The notes: generated from the sequence alone by a model not told the origin. Positions 11,258-23,300 are shown, counted from the stretch's first letter. The stretch is 36,888 bases of DNA from Octopus sinensis (GCF_006345805.1 NW_021836841.1:1-36888); one strand, 5' to 3'. Numbers and translations: made by a program.

Positions 11258-11606
11258 TTTTTACTTGTTTCAGTCATTTTGACTGCGGCCATGCTGGAGC
11301 ACCGCCTTTAATCGAGCAACTCGACCCCGGGACTTATTCTTTGTAAGCCCAGTACTTATTCTATCGGTCTCTTTTGCTGAACCGCTAAGTGACGGGGACA
11401 TAAACACACCAGCATCGGTTGTCAAGCGATGTTGGGGGAACAAACACCGACACACAAACATACACGCACATACATATATATACATATATACGACGGGCTT
11501 CTTTCAGTTTCCATCTACCAAATCCACTCACAAGGCTTAGGTCGGCCCGAGGCTATAGTAGAAGACACTTGCCCAAGATGCCACGCAGTGGGACTGAACC
11601 CGGAAC
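11258..11606 (-). mobile_element. SINE family B lacking ~45 nt of its head
   Basis: Reverse complement aligns with 7152-7550; stops at the (ATT)n tract 11607-11673. Confidence 0.88.
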
Positions 11607-11674
<68 letters not shown>

Positions 11675-13724
11675 GGCGAGTGCATTCTTATTTAATTAAC
11701 AGTTATTTCATCTTGATGTTCGGTGAGAACAGTTCTCCTCAAATCTCGAGAATCTTCCTTAACATTCTTGCAGAATATAGGATGGTGCTTTTCAACAGGT
11801 TTACAATGCGAGTTCCAGTTCCAATCCGTTTTAGTCTTTTAGGTAGCATTTCCGGTGTTCTGCCACTATTTACTACAGGAACAATTGTTATTTTAGTCCT
11901 CCACAATCTCAGTACTCTGGTTAGATCCGGATGCTTCTCAAGGTTTTTCCATTTCTTTGATATCGACTCTGCTATAATGGGAAATTGCAAAATCTGTGAT
12001 CTTCCACTACTTATTTGTTCCCCTATAATCATATCCGGTCTTCTTGCTTCAATAGCATGATCAGGCTTTATAGGGAAATCCTACGTCTTATAATTCTCAT
12101 TTCTTTTCGGATTCTCTGGTTCGTGTTCATACCACTTTTCTCTTGTTTTAAAATCACATACTCGGCTAACATCCCAATGAACTTTTCTGCCTACGCAGTC
12201 ATGTCTGCGTTTATACTCCTTTTATGCTAGTATACTGCACTCACTGTAAAGGTGATTGTTACTTTCGTCTCCTTTCCTACAGATTTTACATTTGTTGCCT
12301 GACTGAGCTTTGCCGATCTTTGCCTTAATCAAATTTGTTCTTAAGACTTGTTCCTGGACGACTATAATTAACGTTTCTGCCACTCGTTTGAAATTCCCGT
12401 CTGTCAACCAAAGCCAGTGATCTTTATTTCCAGCATTCTCGGCTTGTTGCATGAATTGGCCTTGTAGTTTCATTTCTTTCAATTTGATCATTCTGTTCTT
12501 CTTCCTTTTCTCTTTGAATTGTCCTATTGTTTCGGTCACTTTAAGGATATCTCTGACTGCTGGAAGTATTCTTTCTTTGCCCTGCACAACATAATTTTTC
12601 AGACCCAATATCGCTGTATTAACAATGCCTTCTGGATGTAGTTATCCTCAGCCACCTTCCTTTCTCACTATAGCTTTTTTTAGCAGCTTTCTAGTTCTTC
12701 TATCCAAGTTCTGTAGCTCGAGCTTTGTCCATTTCAAAAGAGAGGTGGAGCATCTTAAAAAACGATGTAGTCCATGTATTTTTATGGTTTTAATGCCGTT
12801 TCCTCAATATAATTTTGCTTCGAACACTTTCCTAATTCTCTTCTTGTACTCCCTAGTGACTTTCCTTCTCTTTCCTCCTTCCATTATACTCTCGTCTTGC
12901 AGCACTCCTTGCTATTTGCATCCCTCATTATTCCACAGCGATTTAATGATATTGTTTTGTGGTACTGTAAATCCTCGAGTATAGTCCGCCCTTGGGTATA
13001 ATACGCAGGGGATTTTTAGAGGGCTGTACTTCTGAAAAACCTAAACCTTGTGTATAATACGCACCCTTTCTCTAACTTGAGTCGTACGTAATTAAGCCAG
13101 CTGCACCTAGTCGAACAAACACTTCCGCGCATGCGTAATACAATAATGGTGATATTCTTAACTGTTATATGGGAATGTAAATGTTTGCAAATTATGTTTG
13201 TTACATGATATTCTGTGTTCTGAATACTTTTATTTTAATAAATGTTGCTTACTGCAAGTTATGGATGATTCTTTTATGACTTCATTGCTTTCAGGCTTAG
13301 CTTAAGGTATTTTCGCACCCGACATCACAAAATGCTGGACAGCAAATAGAGACTCGGACATTGCTTAGAAAATATTTTTCATTTTTAACCTCGTATATAG
13401 TACCCACTAGTGATTTTGACATTTAAATTTTGGGGAAAAAATGCGGATTATACACGAGGATTTACAGTAACTTTCTGCCATCAGAGTTTATTTTCCGGTC
13501 GCAATTATTATTGCTTAAATATCGATCCCAAACAGTATCCCAGTATCCTTACTGAATATTCTCAGTTTGGATCAGGTTTGTCTTATATTTTTTTCCAACT
13601 TGAGATCATCCATATAAAGTAGGTGACTTATTCTCAACATGGATTTGGATTTAATAGACTCATGGACGGCTCTGGATTTTCTTAGTATACTTGTGAGAAG
13701 TATAAGCGCAATGACGAAGATATC
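11675..13724 (-). mobile_element. 5'-truncated R4/Dong-type (restriction-like endonuclease) LINE pseudogene, interrupted by a MITE
   Basis: RT motif ISHLLYMDDLKL (YMDD at 13605-13616); WLWLTDGNFKR..ETLI; CCHC knuckle CKICRKGDESNNHLYSEC; C-terminus LWRTKITIVPVV..STILYSARMLRKILEI*. (ATT)n on both flanks (11607-11673 and 13725-13843). Confidence 0.9.
12965..13467. mobile_element. MITE, 503 bp, 25 bp TIRs, TA target duplication (Tc1/mariner-pogo type)
   Basis: CTGTAAATCCTCGAGTATAGTCCGC versus revcomp CTGTAAATCCTCGTGTATAATCCGC (23/25). TA at 12963-12964 and 13468-13469. Confidence 0.9.
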
Positions 13725-13740
13725 ATTATTATTGTTGTTG

Positions 13741-13790
<50 letters not shown>

Positions 13791-14334
13791 GTTATTATTA
13801 TTATTATTATTATTGTTGCTATTATTATTATTATCATTATTATTTCTAACGGGATCCGTGGAAATTACATGGAACGAAAAACATTAAGATGAGCTGTTTA
13901 AGAAAGAACGGATAATTTGCATTTTATTGCATATAACTCTCGTTGTTGAGTGTGCAATGAATATATAATAACAATCTATATAATACTTAATATACATGTC
14001 ATTTGTTAGTGATAAATTTCATTGAAACTGCAAAATCAATATATAATTGCATATTCCTTATTACGCAATATTTTATCATAATTACTTTACATTATAGACA
14101 ATTAATGTACACAAAACGATATAGAAAATATACTCAATGTTTTTTATTTACATGATTGCTTTTAAATCCGGTGCAAATTAAAATGAGATAACATACGCAA
14201 CGGTTTTACTCAGTTATTTCACGCATTATAACTGAACATAAAAATAAACATACGTTTGTGCTTGATTTTATGTTTATCTATAATAAAAACAATTTTGCAT
14301 TAAGCTTACGGGTTACTCTATACTTTTGTACTTA

Positions 14335-14546
14335 CTTTACTTTTAACCTTTTTACTTGTTTCAGTCATGTGACTGTGGACATACTGGAGCACCGCCTTTA
14401 GTCGAGCAAATCGACCCCAGAACTTATTCTTTTGTAAGCCCAGTACTTATTCTATCGGTCTCTTTTGCCGAACCACTAAGTGACGGGGACGTAAACACAC
14501 CAGCATCGGTTGCCAAGCGATGTTGGGGGACAAACGCAGACACACA

Positions 14547-14598
<52 letters not shown>

Positions 14599-14778
14599 AT
14601 ATATATATACATATATACGATATGCTTCTTTCAGTTTCCGTCTACCAAATCCACTCACGAGGCTTTGGTCGGCTCGAGGCTATAGTAGAATACACTTGCT
14701 CAAGGTGCCACGCATTGGAACTGGATCCGGAGCCATGTGGTTGGTAAACAAGCTACTTACCACACAGCCATTCCTGCG
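14335..14778 (-). mobile_element. tRNA-type SINE family B, full length
   Basis: Reverse complement aligns with 7881-8290; expanded internal (TA)n. Confidence 0.9.
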
Positions 14779-15064
14779 TATATATATATATATATGCATA
14801 TATATATATATTATTTTATTGTATATTACATTATATACATATATATATATACATATATACATCGTATATCATATGCCTGTATGTATGTGTGCATGTATAA
14901 TACAACTTTCATACGTACAGACACACATACACAGAACCGAATGGACACGCAGAGGCACACACACATGCACGCGCACGCGCGCACACACGTAGGCAAACAC
15001 ATATCTCTATTCATAACCCGGTAGATAATCATATGTAGATGTATAAGGTCTTAAAGACAAATGC

Positions 15065-15131
<67 letters not shown>

Positions 15132-15139
15132 TAGCTATG

Positions 15140-15219
<80 letters not shown>

Positions 15220-15225
15220 CAGATG

Positions 15226-15267
<42 letters not shown>

Positions 15268-15282
15268 CAGATAGATAGATAA

Positions 15283-15967
15283 GTTTCTTTATTGGCCACA
15301 CAGGGCTGCACACAGATGGGACAAGTTACAAGGTAGAACTTTTCTTTTGGGGGATGAAAAAAACAAAAAACAAAAGAAACAAAAAAAAATAGGGGTGGCG
15401 TAGGTTTTCGATCAAGAGGGATCGTAAAAGCGAAGAAAAGAACAAAAAAAATTTTTTTTAATAAAAAATAAATAAAAAATAAAAAAAGAAGAAAAGGAAA
15501 AGGAACAAAAGAAAAGAGAAATGAAAAAAGAAGAAAAAAAGGGGGGGGAAAAGGGAAGAGGAAAAAAACGATCAAAAGGGATCGTGTATCACAGTGTTAT
15601 GATATATGGTGTAAAGGGGAAAGCAAGTAAGGTTTATCCGTGGGAAGAAAAGCCTACGAAAAAGACCACGGTAACCTTGGTCAATATTGTTATATGTTAC
15701 CACATTTGTTTGCAAGTGGGTAACCCTCTGTTTTCAATTTCTGGGTTCATAGGATTACGCTCAAGGTGGCTTCGTCATTCATACGTGCCATCCTTGCTAC
15801 ATTCACCCATCTTTTTTTAAAACATTCGCTAGACAAAACTTGCCTCTCTACTCTCACTTTCCTTTTCAAGTGGTACTTGAAGAAGTTAATGAGAGATTGA
15901 CCAGAGAGGAAAGTGTTTGTCTCCAATCCTTTCAGACGCGTCCACCAGATACATTCTTTCGCCATAG
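15283..15967 (-). mobile_element. 5'-truncated Tx1/L1-type LINE (ORF2 C-terminus plus 3' UTR) in (GATA)n
   Basis: Aligns with ~31409-31993. Encodes ...LINFFKYHLKRKVRVERQVLSSECFKKRWVNVARMARMNDEATLSVIL*; ends AATAAAGAAAC followed by (TATC)n. (GATA)n on both flanks. Confidence 0.88.
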
Positions 15968-16048
15968 ATAGATAGATAGATAGACAGGCAGATAGATAGA
16001 TAGATAGATATATAGATAGACAGGCAGATAGATAGATATATAGATAGG

Positions 16049-16108
<60 letters not shown>

Positions 16109-16672
16109 TAGATAGATAGATTGATAGATAGATAGATATCGATATCAATATAGATATAGATATGCATATAAATATGATACTTTTGCGTGCGCATGAGCGA
16201 CACAAAGAGAGAGAGAGAGAGAGAGAGTGAGAGAGAGAGTGAATGTGTGCGTACCCGCGCGCGCGTGCCTGTGGGTGAGTGTGTGCCAGCATTCCATTTA
16301 ACACAGCAAATTTATCATCGTCGTCGTCGTCATCATCATAATCATCGCCGTCGCCGTCGTCGTCATCATCACTTATCGTGTAGCGAGAGATGGCCATGAT
16401 ATCAAGACTTGAATACACCATACACCGTACGAATCACACGCTCGACTGGTGTAGCACAGCATGGAAACTACTTGTTAATATCGTACACAGTGAAGCTTCA
16501 AAATTCATAAAACATGACAGCTATGAAGAAAGAAAAACCCTTACATATATATATATACATATATACATATATATATATACACATACACACCACATATACA
16601 TATATATATATACATATATATATATGAATATATATATATATATACATAAAGAGAAATGTATATATATATATA

Positions 16673-16706
<34 letters not shown>

Positions 16707-16999
16707 TATATATTAATATATATATGTATATATATATTTATTTCTATTTATGTATATTACATTTAATATTCCCATTAAATATGAAAGATTAGGAAATGTT
16801 CTAGAAGGAAAACAGAGAATCTGCTGAACTATGTAATACGGTGTCACGACAAGACTGCCATGTTGATATCTCTGCGGATGAAATGTCACGTGTGTCGGTT
16901 GTTTTCCTTGTTGAAGTCCTCTCTCTCTCTCTCTCTCTCTACATCATCGTTGTCGTCGTCGTCGTCGTCTTTGCTATCTGTGCTAACGTCGTCGACGTC

Positions 17000-17243
17000 A
17001 TTGTTTCTGGGATGGTTTCTGTTTTTAGGCTTTTGGGTTATCTCTATTTCCAGATCTATGTATTCTGAGAGTTTCCTTGTTTCTTTTAGAGATACATTGT
17101 GATCTGTTGCGATTGATGCATTGATTTGAATACATTCTTTCTTGGTCAGCTCTGACAACTATATCCGGTCTATTAGCCTTGATTTCTGTATCTGTGTGTA
17201 TTGGCATATCCCAGAGTATGGTTGCTTTAACATTTTCTCTCAT
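17000..17243 (-). mobile_element. R4/Dong-type LINE fragment, restriction-like endonuclease region
   Basis: ATILWDMPIHTDTEIKANRPDIVV, then (frameshift) SIATDHNVSLKETRKLSEYIDLEIEIT: a decayed PD-(D/E)xK domain. Confidence 0.82.
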
Positions 17244-17660
<417 letters not shown>

Positions 17661-18030
17661 AATCCCTTTATCCTAGAGTCATGCATGCGTAGCGGGTTTA
17701 CTACCTGCAGCCTACGGTACCATGCTATTCGCACTTTTCAGCTGTCTAACACCTTCCTGATTATTCTGGTCGTGCCATGGAGGAAAACCTTTTGTATCAG
17801 TTCTACTGGGGCACTCTATTCCAATTTCCTCCTGATATTGTTCCCAAGGACCCAAAAATATTTGACACTATCTTTACCTTCTTCATTTTCCTTCTCCGCC
17901 ACTACTAGGTCCGGTCTGTTATGCACCTGATCTGTTTGGATTTGGAAATCCCAGAGGATTTTGCTAGTCTCCAATTCCGCCACTCTCTGCGGTTTGTAAC
18001 TTTCAATTTACTCATGATTTTGGTTGTTTC
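17661..18030 (-). mobile_element. 3' end of a second R4/Dong-type family with an internal deletion; tail runs into (AAC)/(AAT)n
   Basis: SKILWDFQIQTDQVHNRPDLVVAEKE...PVELIQKVFLHGTTRIIRKVLDS*, then a short 3' UTR. Confidence 0.78.
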
Positions 18031-18470
18031 CTATTTTAGGGAATAAATTTAGCAGTTGCATTTGGTAGGATCTGTTTAGCACAATCGCTAGCACGAACGT
18101 GCAGTAAAAGAGGAGCTCGTGTGTTCAAATGCGAAGCCAGTATTTCGTTTTCAGGATTTGTCCGTACTCACATCTTTATGTGCGTGTATGTGCATATATG
18201 TATATATATGTATGTGCATGTGTGTGTGTGTGTGCTTGTGTGTGTGTGTGCATGTGTGTGTGTGTATAAACACATGTGTATATACATATATATATATATA
18301 TATATGCTTTCGGTGCGAATGGTTTTTATACGGCGACGTTTTTACAAACTTGTAAATAATAATTATGGTATTTTTATATAAGCTTAAATATTATGACAAT
18401 CACCGTGCAATGAGTAAGAAAATAGTCTAATAAAGGGGCATTTAAGCCCTCGACAAAAGAAATCAGGCTT

Positions 18471-20426
18471 TTGTACACTGCATCCAACCTAATTGTGCGA
18501 ACCCCACGTACCCCCACCATTTACTTCCACCGCAAAATCCACAAACCCAACAACCCTGGCCGCCCCATCGTCTCCGCCTGTAACTGCCCCACGGAGCTCA
18601 TCTCTAAATACCTCGACCGTGTCCTTGCCCCCCTAGTGGCATCTCTTCCCTCCCGCATCCACGATACCAACCATGCTCTCCGGCTTTTCAACTCTTTCTC
18701 CTTTCCTCCCGGCTCCTCCAAAATCCTTTTTACTATGGACATCCAAAGCCTCTATACTGTTATCCCTCACCACGAAGGACTGCAGGCCCTTCGACACTTT
18801 CTTGACCTCCGCTCCAACCCTGTACCTGACACCTCCACACTCATTCGTCTGGCCGAACTTGTCCTTACTCTGAACTGCTTCCCGTTCGCGGGCGAGTTCT
18901 ACCATCAGGTCTCGGGAGTGGCCATGGGAACGCAAATGGGCCCCAACTATGCGAATCTGTTCGTTGGCTATGTTGAGGCCCAAATATTCTCTAATTTCAC
19001 TGGTCCCACTCCTGAACTATATGGTCGTTACATTGACGACATTATCGGTGCCACCTCACTCTCCCGTGAACATCTAGATTCCTTCCTCTCTTTCGTCCAA
19101 TCTTTCCATCCAGCCCTCCACTTCACTTCCACTATCTCCAACACCTCTGTCTCCTTCCTCGACATTTCGGTTAGCATTCTTCACTCCACTCTTACCACCT
19201 CCATTCACTACAAACACACAGACTCACACTCATACCTCAACTTCTCTTCCTCCCACCCAGAACACACCAAGCTTTCCATCCCCTATTCCCAATTCCTCCA
19301 TCTACGTAGGCTCTGTAGTGACGACCATGACTTTGAGACTCAGTCTCAACGTATGGCTCACCACTTCACCCTACGTGGATACCCCCTCACCACTATCCAC
19401 ACCGCCCTTGCCAGGGCACGGTCCGCGGACCGTGTATCTGCTCTCTCTCCCCGAACCCACCCTGTAGTCTCCCGCCTCCCTTTTCCCCTCACTTACCACC
19501 CCACGACCCTACCTCTCCAACGCACCATTCTTCGATCTTTCCGTCATCTCCAGTCCGACCCGTCCACTTCACACCTCTTCCCTAACCGACCCCTCCCCTC
19601 TTTCAAACGAGCCCACAACCTTCGAGACCTTTTGGTCCATAGCTCCTTCCCTGACCCTACCTCCCAACCCGGCTCGTTCCCCTGCTCCCGCCCACGTTGC
19701 CGCACTTGCCCTTACCTCTCCAACACCACCCTCCTCACTAGCACCCATCATCGACCCTATCCCATCATCCACTCCTTCACCTGCACCTCCAGCAATATTA
19801 TCTATTGCGTCTCTTGCTCTCTCTGCCATTCCTTGTACATCGGACAAACGGGACGCCGCTTGGCTGACCGGTTCGCGGAAGACCTTCGTGACATCCACCT
19901 TGCGAACGACACACCGGTCTCTCGCCATTTCCGCTCCACCGGTCACTCCTTGCAACACCTTTCTGTGTTCGGTTTGTCCTTACACAGAGGCCATCCGGAT
20001 TCCCGTTTGCGCCGTGAACAGGTATTAATCTTCTCTCTTCGCTCTTATATGCCATTTGGTCTCAACTCTCCCCCCTCCTCATCTAACCCCCCTCTCCCCC
20101 CTCCTCACCTACCATTCCCCCCCGACCCCTACTTCTTCAGTCCTTCATCCTTTCACCCCTACTCCCCTTCCCTTCTTCCCTCTTTCTCCCTCCCTCCTTC
20201 CCTCTTCCCCTTCCCTCTGCTCCCTCACTCCCCTTCTCTCAACCCCTCTCCCTCTTTCCTCCTTTTTCCTCCTTCCTCCTCCCCTTCCTCCTCTCTCCCT
20301 CCTCTCTCCCTCCTCTCTCCCTCCTCTCTCCCCCCTCTCCTCCCCCATCTCCTCCCCCTCTTCTCCTCTCTCCACACTACACCACACGACTTTACACATC
20401 ATATCATATATGATGTGCCATACTAA
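18471..20426 (+). CDS. Penelope-like element polyprotein (RT + GIY-YIG endonuclease), 5'-truncated, probably Neptune clade; frame reads on into a CT-rich tract after ~20070
   Basis: KIHKPNNPGRPIVS, FTMDIQSLYTVIP, GVAMGTQMGPNYANLF, YIDD (19029-19040), thumb KLSIPYSQFLHLRRLCS, linker CSRPRCRTC (Zn-finger-like linker typical of Neptune), NIIYCVSCSLCHSLYIGQTGRRLADRF..RE..GLN. Confidence 0.93.
   Translation: MYTASNLIVRTPRTPTIYFHRKIHKPNNPGRPIVSACNCPTELISKYLDRVLAPLVASLPSRIHDTNHALRLFNSFSFPPGSSKILFTMDIQSLYTVIPHHEGLQALRHFLDLRSNPVPDTSTLIRLAELVLTLNCFPFAGEFYHQVSGVAMGTQMGPNYANLFVGYVEAQIFSNFTGPTPELYGRYIDDIIGATSLSREHLDSFLSFVQSFHPALHFTSTISNTSVSFLDISVSILHSTLTTSIHYKHTDSHSYLNFSSSHPEHTKLSIPYSQFLHLRRLCSDDHDFETQSQRMAHHFTLRGYPLTTIHTALARARSADRVSALSPRTHPVVSRLPFPLTYHPTTLPLQRTILRSFRHLQSDPSTSHLFPNRPLPSFKRAHNLRDLLVHSSFPDPTSQPGSFPCSRPRCRTCPYLSNTTLLTSTHHRPYPIIHSFTCTSSNIIYCVSCSLCHSLYIGQTGRRLADRFAEDLRDIHLANDTPVSRHFRSTGHSLQHLSVFGLSLHRGHPDSRLRREQVLIFSLRSYMPFGLNSPPSSSNPPLPPPHLPFPPDPYFFSPSSFHPYSPSLLPSFSLPPSLFPFPLLPHSPSLNPSPSFLLFPPSSSPSSSLPPLSLLSPSSLPPLLPHLLPLFSSLHTTPHDFTHHIIYDVPY
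20070..20385. repeat. Pyrimidine (C/T) low-complexity tract in the PLE 3' region
   Basis: Almost exclusively C and T on the plus strand. Confidence 0.9.
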
Positions 20427-20569
20427 TACATACACCAACTAATACATACTAATACATACACCAACCCTATACATACACACGTCCAGACCTCTCATACGCA
20501 CTAATACTCTCTCATACACACACACACACACACACCCTTATGTTGGAGCTGGTCACTCAACCCTATTAT

Positions 20570-20839
20570 CTCCCCTAATTTCGCTCTCGCGTCTCATGTT
20601 TGATCTTTGACTTCTGGCCGAAATCAGATCGCCATGTTGGTTCGTTAGTTACTGCACGCATTTTTTTCCTCTCCTTCTTTCTGTGTTTTTTTTCTCTCTG
20701 TGTATCTTTCTGTTGAAGAGCGTAGGCTCGAAACGTTAAAGACTTGTTTTATTTATATTTCCTGAGCGCCATACTAATACAATTGTTTGTTTGTTTTCCA
20801 CCTGCCTTCGTCTTTTGTCTATTTTCATAAAGCTTCCCG
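20570..20839 (+). mobile_element. PLE pseudo-LTR (pLTR)-like 3' region ending at (TA)n
   Basis: Downstream of the PLE ORF, contains a hammerhead motif, and is homologous to the mini-elements at 20924, 21194 and 27866 (TTCTGnnGAAGAGC..GCTCGAAACGTTAAA..TTCCTGAGCG). Confidence 0.72.
20705..20742 (+). ncRNA. Minimal type I hammerhead ribozyme (A6U core variant, extra A after A9)
   Basis: UCUUU-CUGUUGA-A-GAGC GUAG GCUC-GAAA-C-GUU-AAAGA. 5 bp stem I, 4 bp stem II, palindromic ACGU stem III. Confidence 0.72.
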
Positions 20840-20840
20840 T

Positions 20841-20877
<37 letters not shown>

Positions 20878-20882
20878 TAATA

Positions 20883-20923
<41 letters not shown>

Positions 20924-20929
<6 letters not shown>

Positions 20930-21137
20930 TAATCCAAACATGAAACAAACAAAGAGAAAACACTACAACGCGAGGACCTGGAACAAGTATAGTGTTATTG
21001 GACGCTCAGGAAAGAAGGAAAGAAAGAGGGTTTAACGTTTCGAGCGGAGCTCTTCGTCAGAAACATAGGAAAAGGAAAGATCCAAAGAAGTGAAGACGGA
21101 GGAAAAAAATCGCCAACGGTACACGCGCGGTCACATT

Positions 21138-21143
<6 letters not shown>
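20924..21143 (-). mobile_element. HHR-bearing mini-element (PLE pLTR/retrozyme-like), copy 1
   Basis: ~220 nt, (TA)n flanks, aligns with 21194-21392 and 27866-28070. Confidence 0.82.
21030..21064 (-). ncRNA. Minimal type I hammerhead ribozyme
   Basis: GUUU-CUGACGA-A-GAGC UCC GCUC-GAAA-C-GUU-AAAC; predicted cleavage between 21034 and 21033. Confidence 0.82.
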
Positions 21144-21182
<39 letters not shown>

Positions 21183-21193
21183 TATATATATAT

Positions 21194-21386
21194 AATCCAA
21201 ACATGATCAAGCAAGAAGAAACAATAACGCGAGGACGTGGAATAAGTACAGTTTTATTGGGCGCTCAGGAAAGGAAAGGAAAGAAAGAGGATCTTACGTT
21301 TCGAGCGGAGCTCTTCATCAGAAATATAGAAAAAGTCCAAAGAAGGGAAGACGGAGAAAGAAAATCGCCAACGATACACACGCTGT

Positions 21387-21392
<6 letters not shown>
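21194..21392 (-). mobile_element. HHR-bearing mini-element, copy 2 (tandem with copy 1)
   Basis: Aligns with 20924-21143; separated from it by a ~50 nt TA/CA spacer. Confidence 0.8.
21291..21325 (-). ncRNA. Minimal type I hammerhead ribozyme
   Basis: AUUU-CUGAUGA-A-GAGC UCC GCUC-GAAA-C-GUA-AGAU; predicted cleavage between 21295 and 21294. Confidence 0.8.
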
Positions 21393-21444
<52 letters not shown>

Positions 21445-21450
<6 letters not shown>

Positions 21451-21954
21451 AAACTGTAGTTGTGTGAGTGTCTGTCTCCTACGATTTAGATTCCTAACTC
21501 CTCCCACATTTTGCGGTGCAGTTTAACCAAATTCGGGTATCTTATAGTCGTGATTAATATCAAGCCCGTCTGGCTATTAGCGCGCGTCTACGATGAGTCT
21601 ACGATTTTAAAAATAATTTAACATCATTTTTTATTCCATTTTAATGCATAATTTTTCGTGTGTCGATGGCGGCGGAGTTGGCGTCTACGCTCAAACACCT
21701 GCACCTGTGTTTGCTTCTCCCCTTCTTCCCTCCCTCGTGAAGCTGTGGGGAAGGGAGTTTAAGGAAATCAACGTCGTAATGCGTTGTCAAGGAGACCAGC
21801 GTTCTTTTAGAACAACGACTTCATGGCTTGAAGACACCAAAACAGAAATGGCTAAGAAAGCCCGAATTGGCATCTATAAAGGAAGTAACTCTCTAAAAAT
21901 GCTTATATAGCTATTTCCCTTACAAACCCGAGCAACGCCGGGCGATACTGCTAG
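21445..21954 (+). mobile_element. Non-autonomous Helitron-like element
   Basis: Same 3' end as 6302-6648 (TAACTCTCTAAAAATGCTT..CCCGAGCAACGCCGGGCGATACTGCTAGT) but a different body. Confidence 0.75.
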
Positions 21955-22060
21955 TATATATATATATATTTATATATATATACTGTGAAAATAATAAGGG
22001 TAGAAAAGTTAGAAAAATTTCATACCAGTGGCTAGCATGCGTAATAAAGTCAATACACGA

Positions 22061-22457
22061 CATATTTTCATATATAATAGTGTATAAACAATTTAAACAT
22101 TTATACACGAAAGAGGTGACCTTTGACAGAACACATTACAAGCTAGAAAGAGCAGTCCAAGCCCAAACCACGAATAAAAGTAATTTCAAAGGGAATGAAA
22201 ATAAAACATAAATTACGCATTGATTTTAGCGACCTCATTGATGAAGTACAGATGACAAATCAATTGATTTGTTCATTGATACAGAAACTCGAGTTTGAAG
22301 ATAACTAGAAAAATATTTTTTTATATCCATTCCTTTTGAAATTGCTTTTATTCGTGGTTTGGGCTTTAACTGCCCTTTCTAGCATGTAAGGCGCCTGTCA
22401 AAGTCACCTCTTTTGTGTATAAATACTTAAATTGTTTATACACTGTTATATATGAAA

Positions 22458-22462
<5 letters not shown>
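22061..22462. repeat. Foldback C: ~135 bp imperfect inverted arms, ~130 bp spacer
   Basis: 22061-22197 mirrors 22328-22462; shares CTAGAAAGAGCAG..CCAA..CAAACC with foldback E and with ~24473-24500. Confidence 0.85.
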
Positions 22463-22535
<73 letters not shown>

Positions 22536-22663
22536 TAAATTAGAGATAAAACCACTATTAGGCAAATCTTACAATGAAAAACTTAAGCCAATACATAAGA
22601 TTAATTAATTTATATAATTTTAAATATATATCAAAATTATTAAAAAAAGATAATTAGTATAAC

Positions 22664-22727
22664 ACTACGATCGTTTCATGGCTGTCCAATTCGTAAAAAT
22701 TCGAGTTACAGTCATTCTTCAGGTGAT
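22664..22727 (-). ncRNA. Degenerate type I hammerhead with extended stem II, in a ~225 nt element (22535-22760) between (TA)n tracts
   Basis: AUCAC-CUGAAGA-AUGACUGU..ACAGCCAU-GAAA-CG-AUC-GUAGU. Stem II 7/8 paired; stems I and III imperfect. Confidence 0.55.
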
Positions 22728-22801
22728 TGAAATATTTAACTTAGCGAGGTTTAATCATATATATATATATATATATGACTGTATCTGTGTGTTTAATGAC
22801 T

Positions 22802-23300
22802 AACGCATACATTTCCACAATTCTCAACCGATTTTCACCAATCTCCACATGCTCACATTACTTTTATCCCGAGGATGCTCATGCACTATAACATTTTGCC
22901 CAGAGCTCCCGCGTAAATGAACGTAAATGGACATAGTTTTTCGTATGTAGGTCTTCCATACTTTTTAATCTTTCTATAAAAGGGAAACGATTTTGTCTAT
23001 TTATGTATTTCCACTGTCCACAAGTGGTGGTGTTTAAATTGACAAGGAACACTGAACGCATACATTTACAAAATTCTCAACTGATTTTCACCAAACTTTA
23101 CACACATTACTTATATCCCAGGGAAGGTCATGCACAAGAACATTTTGTCCAGAGATCCTGTGTAAATGGACCTAACTGGACATACAAAGTATGGTCTTCC
23201 ATACTTTTTACATTATTTTACAAAAGTGAAAGGATTTTGTCTATCAATTTCGATTGTCCACCTGCCACGGTGATTAAATTGACTAGAAAGATTGTACGCG
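22802..23300 (+). repeat. Two diverged tandem units, period ~253 bp
   Basis: AACGCATACATTT.CA.AATTCTCAAC.GATTTTCACCAA starts at 22802 and 23055; further matches GGTCTTCCATACTTTTTA and GATTTTGTCTAT. Confidence 0.8.

Noticed and set aside
20070-20426. Pro/Ser/Leu-rich C-terminal extension of the PLE ORF as a real domain
   Set aside because: C/T-only sequence cannot encode stop codons, so read-through is expected by composition alone.
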